Positions 26,482 to 32,000 of a stretch of DNA of 32,000 nt are shown here, piece after piece. Below the pieces are notes generated by a model. That model was not told where the DNA came from, ran no database searches, and saw only the letters and a program-made list of their open reading frames with translations. This stretch comes from an uncultured archaeon (GTDB lineage: Archaea > Micrarchaeota > Micrarchaeia > Micrarchaeales > CABMGC01). Location: positions 780,001 to 812,000 of the forward strand of contig OY969902.1 in assembly GCA_963704435.1 (NCBI GenBank), read 5' to 3'. The first letter of the stretch is position 1; the number at the start of each line of letters is the position of its first letter. The position numbers were made by a program, and so were the translations under genes.

Positions 26482-27506
26482 TGGGTGATCCTGTGACATT
26501 CGACTACGACGCGTTCGCGCCAAAGGTAGCTGTTGTAGGCTGCGGAGGCCAGGGCAGCAACCTGGTCAACCGGCTCTTCGTGAACGGCATACAGAGCGCC
26601 ACGACCATAGCGATAAACACGGACCTGCCGCACCTGAACATGATAAAGGCGCACAGGAAGGTGCTCATTGGCCGCGAGATAACGAACGGCATGGGCTCAG
26701 GAGGCTACCCAATGGTGGCCGCCAAGTGCGCCGAGTGCAGCAAGGCAGATATCGAGAAGGTGCTCTCCGGCTTCGACCTGGTCTTCATAGCTGCAGGCAT
26801 GGGAGGAGGGACCGGAACAGGATCCGCTCCGGTCGTTGCGAAGGTAGCGAAGGAGCAGGGCGCAACCGTCATAGCCGCTGTCACGTACCCGTTCTCGCTG
26901 GAGAGGAGCCGTGCGCAAACTGCGCAATGGGGAATCAACCAGCTTAGCAAGGAGGCGGACTGCGTAATAGTAATAGAGAACGATAAGCTGCTCTCGTATG
27001 TGCCTAACCTGCCGATGGAGAAGGCGTTCGAGCTCTGCGACAACGTGACCGGAAACGCGGTCAAGGGCATAGCCGACTCGATAACGCTGCCCAGCTTGAT
27101 CAACCTGGACTTCGCAGACCTCAGCGCGATAGTCAAGGACACGGGCACTGCCGTGATAAACGTCGGGACGGCGAGCGGCCCGGACAGGGTCAAGCAAGTG
27201 ATAAACTCCACGCTGGCCCATCCGCTGCTTACTGTAGACTACGAAGGCGCAAAGGGCGCACTAGTGCACGTCTCCGGAGGCATGGACCTCAGCATAGAGG
27301 ATGCCACGAAGATAGGCGCGGGAGTCACTGACGGCCTGGCGACGGATGCCAACGTCATATTCGGAGCGAGGCTCATCCCCGAGATGAGGGACCAGATCCG
27401 CGTGATGACCGTTGTAACCGGCGTCAAGGCCAAGTTCGGGGAGAGGAGGAAGCCCCAGGCCGAGGTCGAAGCGCTCCGCGTAGAGGCCATGGGCAGGATC
27501 TTCTGA
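26481..27506 (+). CDS. ftsZ: Cell division GTPase FtsZ (copy 2 of tandem pair)
   Basis: VVGCGGQGSNLVNRLF, NTDLPHLNMI, AAGMGGGTGTGSAPVVAKVAK, NLDFADLSAIVK; GTG start overlaps the upstream TAG by one base (alternative GTG at 26493). Confidence 0.93.
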   Translation: MGDPVTFDYDAFAPKVAVVGCGGQGSNLVNRLFVNGIQSATTIAINTDLPHLNMIKAHRKVLIGREITNGMGSGGYPMVAAKCAECSKADIEKVLSGFDLVFIAAGMGGGTGTGSAPVVAKVAKEQGATVIAAVTYPFSLERSRAQTAQWGINQLSKEADCVIVIENDKLLSYVPNLPMEKAFELCDNVTGNAVKGIADSITLPSLINLDFADLSAIVKDTGTAVINVGTASGPDRVKQVINSTLAHPLLTVDYEGAKGALVHVSGGMDLSIEDATKIGAGVTDGLATDANVIFGARLIPEMRDQIRVMTVVTGVKAKFGERRKPQAEVEALRVEAMGRIF

Positions 27507-27662
27507 ACCTGTCCGAAAGCCCGAGCAAGCCCCTTACGGTCCGAAGGCAGCTGCGCGCGCCTCCGCGCAGCATATTCGCCCCTGATCCTGGGTTCGTCTC
27601 GCGGCGCGGCAAGTATTTAAACTTTGATTGCGTTTAATCTTAACTATTTTCGTTGTGATCAA

Positions 27663-28073
27663 TTGGCAGATGATGGTAGCTTCACTCGCAAGTCGGTAAA
27701 GGAGATAAAGACCGGCAGCTTCATAATGATCGACGGTGTGGCCGTCAGGGTGGTCGACGTAGAGACCTCGTCCCCTGGCAAGCACGGCTCCGCCAAGATG
27801 AGGATAACAGGCATAGGCATATTCGACGGGCAGAAGAAGACGCTCCTCAGCCCGGCGCACGGGGACGTCGAGGTGCCCGAGATAAAGAAGAGGAGGGCGC
27901 AGGTCGTTTCCGTGACCGGGAACGTGGTGCAGCTAATGGACATGGAGACCTACGACGTGTTCGACGCCGCGCTTCCCGATGATCTGAAGGAGACGCTGAA
28001 ATCAGGCAACGAGGTCGAGACGATGGAGGCGCTCGGCAAGAGGATAATAATAAGGATAACCGGAGGCGCTTAG
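27663..28073 (+). CDS. Translation initiation factor 5A (aIF5A)
   Basis: SSPGKHGSAKMRITGIGIFDGQKKTLL hypusination-loop region; likely TTG start (ORF track begins at 27624). Confidence 0.93.
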   Translation: MADDGSFTRKSVKEIKTGSFIMIDGVAVRVVDVETSSPGKHGSAKMRITGIGIFDGQKKTLLSPAHGDVEVPEIKKRRAQVVSVTGNVVQLMDMETYDVFDAALPDDLKETLKSGNEVETMEALGKRIIIRITGGA

Positions 28074-28388
28074 ATGGATATCGAGATGAAGAAGGACGTG
28101 AACAACAAGCTGCTGAACAGGAGGGAGATGCTTCTCAGCGTCTCCTATGACGGGAGCACCCCCTCGAGGGATGAGATAAAGACCGATGTCGCGAGGAAGT
28201 TCAACCTTAAGAAGGAGAACATGGTCGTCGTGAGCATAGGCCAGATATACGGCTCCAGGGGCAGCGAGGTCGTGATCCACGAGTACGCCGACGCGAAGGC
28301 GATGGCGATCGCGCAGAAGCACATCCTTGAGAGGCCGAAGAAGAAGGGCGGGAGCGCCCCGAAGGCCGACGCGTCTGCGAAGGAATAG
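28074..28388 (+). CDS. Ribosomal protein S24e
   Basis: 104 aa: [67 protein letters not shown]. Confidence 0.9.
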   Translation: MDIEMKKDVNNKLLNRREMLLSVSYDGSTPSRDEIKTDVARKFNLKKENMVVVSIGQIYGSRGSEVVIHEYADAKAMAIAQKHILERPKKKGGSAPKADASAKE

Positions 28389-28404
28389 CATATTTGGTGT
28401 TTTA

Positions 28405-28566
28405 TTGGCGGGAGACAAGAAGGAAAAGCCTGCGAAGAAGAAGAACGTGAAGGAGTACAAGCCTGCGGCTAAGCTCTGCCCCAAGTGCGGATCACGGATG
28501 GGTGACCACAAGGACAGGTACGCGTGCGGGAAGTGTGGGTACACCGAATGGAAGGCCAAGGCGTGA
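28405..28566 (+). CDS. Ribosomal protein S27ae
   Basis: [26 protein letters not shown] zinc ribbon; TTG start, overlaps the next gene. Confidence 0.88.
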   Translation: MAGDKKEKPAKKKNVKEYKPAAKLCPKCGSRMGDHKDRYACGKCGYTEWKAKA

Positions 28567-29267
28567 AACGCAGGTCGATCCCATTGAGAAAGCGAGCGGA
28601 AGCCCCCGGCGTGCGCATTCGCCGCGCCATGTACTTCGTTCTCATCCTTATCGCTGCGATGTCCGCGCTGGTCGCGGTGCCGCTCGCGCTGTATGACCTG
28701 GGATGGCTGGGCTATAACTCGTTCGTGTTCGTGTCCGACGCGGCGGTGTCGCTCTCGTTCCTGGCATCGACGCTGCTGTACCTGCGCTTCGTGGACCGCA
28801 GCAGGAAGGGCATCGCGGAGCGCCTGGGCCTCGGAAGGGACGGCCTGTCGCTGCGCAACGTCCTGCTTGGGCTGATGATATTCTCGATAATCCTGACGCT
28901 CGAGCTAATCACCGGGCTGGTGAGCCAGGTGACCGGCGTACAGATAAGCACCAACGTGGACGTGCTCCTGGCTTCCGCGCCGCTGTGGTTCTACGCGTTC
29001 TCGTGCATAGTTGCGCCGCTGTGCGAGGAAGTGCTCTTCAGGGGCCTGATGGTGCCCAGGCTCGGCATCGTGGTCAGCGCCCTCGTCTTCGCCGCGCTGC
29101 ACGCGAGCTACGATTCGACGTTCGCCATAGAGGTCATCGCGGCCCTGATATTCGCGCTGATCGCGGGCTATGTGTTCAGGAAGACGAAGTCGCTGTACCC
29201 GTCGCTCGTCGCTCACATCCTGGTCAACACGCTGACGATAGTCGTCACCTTCATCCCAGGTATCTGA
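28563..29267 (+). CDS. CPBP-family intramembrane metalloprotease
   Basis: Multi-span protein with [20 protein letters not shown] and H-X3-N (VAHILVNTL) motifs; GTG start overlapping the S27ae stop. Confidence 0.85.
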   Translation: MKRRSIPLRKRAEAPGVRIRRAMYFVLILIAAMSALVAVPLALYDLGWLGYNSFVFVSDAAVSLSFLASTLLYLRFVDRSRKGIAERLGLGRDGLSLRNVLLGLMIFSIILTLELITGLVSQVTGVQISTNVDVLLASAPLWFYAFSCIVAPLCEEVLFRGLMVPRLGIVVSALVFAALHASYDSTFAIEVIAALIFALIAGYVFRKTKSLYPSLVAHILVNTLTIVVTFIPGI

Positions 29268-29299
29268 AATGGCGCCTCGAGTGCGCTTCAAGTCGGTTC

Positions 29300-29725
29300 T
29301 TACTCGAACGGATTCCTTATGCGGATTCCCGGAATCCTGGCAAAGCCCTTCTCGTCTTCCGTTACTATCTCGGTAACGCCGTTCTCCTTCATTGTCTCTG
29401 CAATAAGGGCGTCAAGGAAAGGCGCATTAAGCAATTCCGAACTGTTAAGCGCCCTGTCCACCGTGTCATGGGTGTAGTCTATCTTGCGCCAGCTATCGGA
29501 CACGGCCAGCGATTTCACTATGATTCTTGCCTTATCATCAGGAACGCCCAGCTTTCGCGTCAATGCGTTGAAAAGTTCGACAAGTACTTGATTTGACACC
29601 ACTCCCCGTATCCCTCCCCTGAATGCCTGCTCCACCATCGCCTGGCACGCCTTCCGCTTCACTGGCTCAGATGAGTCATACGCGTAGCACAGCACGCAGG
29701 TATCGAAGAATAGCTCACCTCTCAT
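29300..29725 (-). CDS. vapC: PIN-domain toxin-like ribonuclease (VapC-like)
   Basis: 141 aa: ELFFDTCVLCYAYDSSEPVKRKAC, NQVLVELFNALTRK, FLDALIAETMKENG; overlaps the upstream antitoxin gene by 11 bp. Confidence 0.85.
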   Translation of the reverse strand: MRGELFFDTCVLCYAYDSSEPVKRKACQAMVEQAFRGGIRGVVSNQVLVELFNALTRKLGVPDDKARIIVKSLAVSDSWRKIDYTHDTVDRALNSSELLNAPFLDALIAETMKENGVTEIVTEDEKGFARIPGIRIRNPFE

Positions 29726-29951
29726 TCAGTTCGCCCCTCTCGAACCTCCACTTCTTCATCATTATGCCCTTCTGCAGAAGCATCAGCGACTCTGCCTCGA
29801 TGTCGGCATTCCTGCTTTTCACCCATTCCTTCATGGCTTCCGTGAGCGCCCTCCCAAGGTAGCCCTTCCTAATCCCATACCTCTGGCTGGCCCGCTTCCT
29901 GAACTCGTGCTCGACCTCCTCCTCTACGTTAACCGTGATGGTCTTTGACAT
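29715..29951 (-). CDS. vapB: VapB-like antitoxin
   Basis: 78 aa small protein, MSKTITVNVEEEVEHEFRKRASQRYGIRKGYLGRALTEAMKEW (ribbon-helix-helix-like), overlapping the PIN gene. Confidence 0.75.
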   Translation of the reverse strand: MSKTITVNVEEEVEHEFRKRASQRYGIRKGYLGRALTEAMKEWVKSRNADIEAESLMLLQKGIMMKKWRFERGELNER

Positions 29952-30138
29952 AGCATCAATACATTTAGATTAATATAAATATTTAAATGTTTCATTTTTG
30001 CGCATATATCTTTCCCATTGGCGCGGCATCCTGTCGCGTGTTGCGCATAAATTTTTCCATGCCCGCCCTTTCCTCAAAGCATCCGTTTAAATCTGCCTGC
30101 AGCATAATGTAATAGCGTCTGCGCCATGGGTGCGTTTA

Positions 30139-30831
30139 ATGAAGGTAAAAGTGATAACGGTAGAGCCGAAGTACCAGGTCAACCTCGGCTACATCGCCAG
30201 GACCGCGGCCAACTTCGGCGTGGACCGGCTCTACTTCGTGAGCCCGAGGGCCAGGCTCGACGGCAAGACCGCGCTCATGTACGCGAAGCATGCCCGGCCC
30301 CTGCTCGAGAAGGCAACTGTCTACAGGAGCTTCGGGGACGCGGTGCGCGACTGCGACTTCGTCGTCGCGACCAGCGGCATATGGAGGAAGGGCAGGTCCG
30401 GCTCCGGAAAGGTCTGCCTCGCGGAGGACGCGATCGACCGGGTCTCCGCGCTCGGCAAGAAGAGCGTGGTGGGCATGGTCATCGGCAGGGACGACATAGG
30501 CCTGAAGAGGGAGGAGATAGAGAAGTGCGACCTCCTCGCCTACATCGCCACCGATCCTGAGTACCCTGTGCTCAACATATCCCACGCCTTGGCCGTGATG
30601 CTCTACCTCCTGAAAAGGAAGGGCTTGAGCGTCCGCTACAGGGGGATTTCTGCTGAAGAAGGGGTCCTTGACAAGCGGGAGCTGGCGATGCTTTTCAAGG
30701 TGTTCGACGGCCTGGTGGCCGGGAAGAGGATAAGGGACAGGAGTTCAGTGTCCAACGCGTTCAGGAGGATGGTGCGCGCAGCGCAGCCCACAAAGAGCGA
30801 GCTGCACTCGCTGATAACGGCGCTTAAGTAG
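30139..30831 (+). CDS. SPOUT-family RNA methyltransferase (TrmJ-like)
   Basis: VITVEPKYQVNLGYIARTAANFGVDRLYFVSPRA, VIGRDDIGLKREEIEKCDLLAYIATDPEYPVLNISHALAVMLY; alternative GTG start 30130. Confidence 0.87.
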   Translation: MKVKVITVEPKYQVNLGYIARTAANFGVDRLYFVSPRARLDGKTALMYAKHARPLLEKATVYRSFGDAVRDCDFVVATSGIWRKGRSGSGKVCLAEDAIDRVSALGKKSVVGMVIGRDDIGLKREEIEKCDLLAYIATDPEYPVLNISHALAVMLYLLKRKGLSVRYRGISAEEGVLDKRELAMLFKVFDGLVAGKRIRDRSSVSNAFRRMVRAAQPTKSELHSLITALK

Positions 30832-30839
30832 AGCGGCCT

Positions 30840-31220
30840 TTACCTTGTTGCTGCCTTCTTCCTCTTTATTATCTTGACCTTCGCGGGAGTAATGAGCACT
30901 CTCGTGTCGTCAATCTGCGCTATGTCGCCGTTTATCTTGGAGGCGTAGGTCTTCAGCCTGGCTATGACGTTGTTCCTCGTCGTAGGCCTCTTGGCCAGCT
31001 CCTCTATGCTGAGCAGGATTATGTTCTTCTTGGAGAGCTCCTCCTCGATCAGCTTGACGTCGTCCTCGCTCGATATCGAAACGGGCTTGACGTACATGTC
31101 CGCGGGCTCGTGCATAATGTCGACGTCCGCCATCTCCGCCGAATTCATGTATTCCTCGATGCTCATCTCCTTAGCAGAGGAAACCCCAAACGCATGACCT
31201 AGTCTATCAAAAACTCCCAT
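30840..31220 (-). CDS. sepF: Archaeal SepF-like cell division protein (FtsZ membrane anchor)
   Basis: 126 aa: N-terminal MGVFDRLGHAFG amphipathic-like segment, then MYVKPVSISSEDDVKLIEEELSKKNIILLSIEELAKRPTTRNNVIARLKTYASKINGDIAQIDDTRVLITPAKVKI. Confidence 0.85.
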   Translation of the reverse strand: MGVFDRLGHAFGVSSAKEMSIEEYMNSAEMADVDIMHEPADMYVKPVSISSEDDVKLIEEELSKKNIILLSIEELAKRPTTRNNVIARLKTYASKINGDIAQIDDTRVLITPAKVKIIKRKKAATR

Positions 31221-31357
31221 TTTTTCACCGTCGTTACCGTGAATATCCTTTCAATAAACATCTTTTTAATACTTTCTTCTTACGTCAGCAACCGGAAGTA
31301 CTATCCTCTCCACAAAAGTGCGGCGCGGAATCGGCCCGCGCCGCGCCCGGAAACCAT

Positions 31358-32000
31358 TCACGCGGTCCCGGGAGGCACCTGGGACAGTATCCTCCCGGCG
31401 ATCTCCTTGCCGAACATCGAGACGACCTTCGCCCTCGCCTCCTCCGACCTCAGGTCCGATACGCGCCTTATCCCGTTGTCGTACATGAGCCTCGCCCTGA
31501 CCCTTCCCACCTGCTCCAGCCTGACGAGGTCTAGCAGCTCCCTCCTTATGCCGTACTTCGCCCTCATCCTTATCTCAAGCAGCCTCATGACGTTCATCCT
31601 GAGCAGCTTCGCCAGCTCCGTGCTCGCGTACAGCAGCCAGTCCGAGTTGTTCAGCTTGGCGAAGAGCGAGCCGGGCGTGGTGTTGTATCTCTTGACCACG
31701 TCGCGCTCCCCTATCTCGCCTATCCAGTCCCGGAGCATGAGCGCCGTGCTCAGCGGCTTGACCGGGTCGTAGTATGAGAAACTGCCGGATTCGGGGTTCG
31801 CGCCGGTGCCCTCGGTCAGGCGGGCGTAGGAGGTCAGAAACAGGTCGTTGGCCTCGTCCGTGGCCTTCACGAACGGCTTCATCTCCTGCGTGTTGCATAT
31901 CATGAAAAGGTAGGAGACGTCGTCCGTCACCTTAGGCAGGGTGTCGACTATCCACTTCGCGGAGAGCGGATCTATGTAGAGCTCGCTGACGCGTGCGCCC
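31358..32000 (-). CDS. Hel308-like (Ski2-family) helicase, C-terminal part; continues beyond the window
   Basis: Frame is open to the window edge (GARVSELYIDPLSAKWIVDTLPKVTDD...) and contains YGIRRELLDLVRLEQVGRVRARLMYDNGIRRVSDL (HhH). Confidence 0.85.
   Translation of the reverse strand, partial: GARVSELYIDPLSAKWIVDTLPKVTDDVSYLFMICNTQEMKPFVKATDEANDLFLTSYARLTEGTGANPESGSFSYYDPVKPLSTALMLRDWIGEIGERDVVKRYNTTPGSLFAKLNNSDWLLYASTELAKLLRMNVMRLLEIRMRAKYGIRRELLDLVRLEQVGRVRARLMYDNGIRRVSDLRSEEARAKVVSMFGKEIAGRILSQVPPGTA

Noticed and set aside
1-32000. CRISPR array, rRNA, defence island or intact transposon
   Set aside because: No regularly spaced repeats, no rRNA-like sequence, no cas-like proteins and no complete transposase were found on reading the window.

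Overview
This 32 kb window is a gene-dense archaeal chromosome segment. It carries archaeal-type ValRS, SepF, two FtsZ, an eIF5A homologue, S24e/S27ae, a Hel308-like helicase edge, TATA-box promoters and many GTG/TTG starts. The lineage may be DPANN/Micrarchaeota-like, but that is only inference. No CRISPR array, rRNA or intact transposon was seen. The main blocks are: a pyruvate dehydrogenase E1-alpha-like gene; a SET-domain protein; a 3-gene ABC-2 exporter; an apparently truncated NFACT/RqcH-like protein followed by RNase Z; a tRNA-Val(GAC); MsrB/MsrA; threonine synthase; an AT-rich island (~10.37-12.37 kb) with a frameshifted radical SAM/SPASM maturase-like gene and an in-frame downstream GNAT domain; ValRS; a C2H2 zinc-finger protein; a duplicated Lrp/AsnC-like regulator with an unusual N-terminal domain; a suf operon (HTH regulator-sufB-sufD-sufC-sufS); a HemK/Mtq2-like methyltransferase; DNA ligase; tandem ftsZ genes; translation genes; a VapBC pair; a SPOUT/TrmJ-like methyltransferase; SepF; and a partial Hel308-like helicase. 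The most interesting observations are: (1) a Cys-rich HTH regulator at the head of the suf operon, with a perfect 7-1-7 palindrome between its TATA box and start codon; (2) a perfect 10-10-10 inverted repeat upstream of the double Lrp-like regulator; (3) the broken or recoded rSAM-SPASM-GNAT gene; (4) the NFACT protein lacking its NFACT-R domain; (5) the tandem FtsZ plus SepF neighbourhood.
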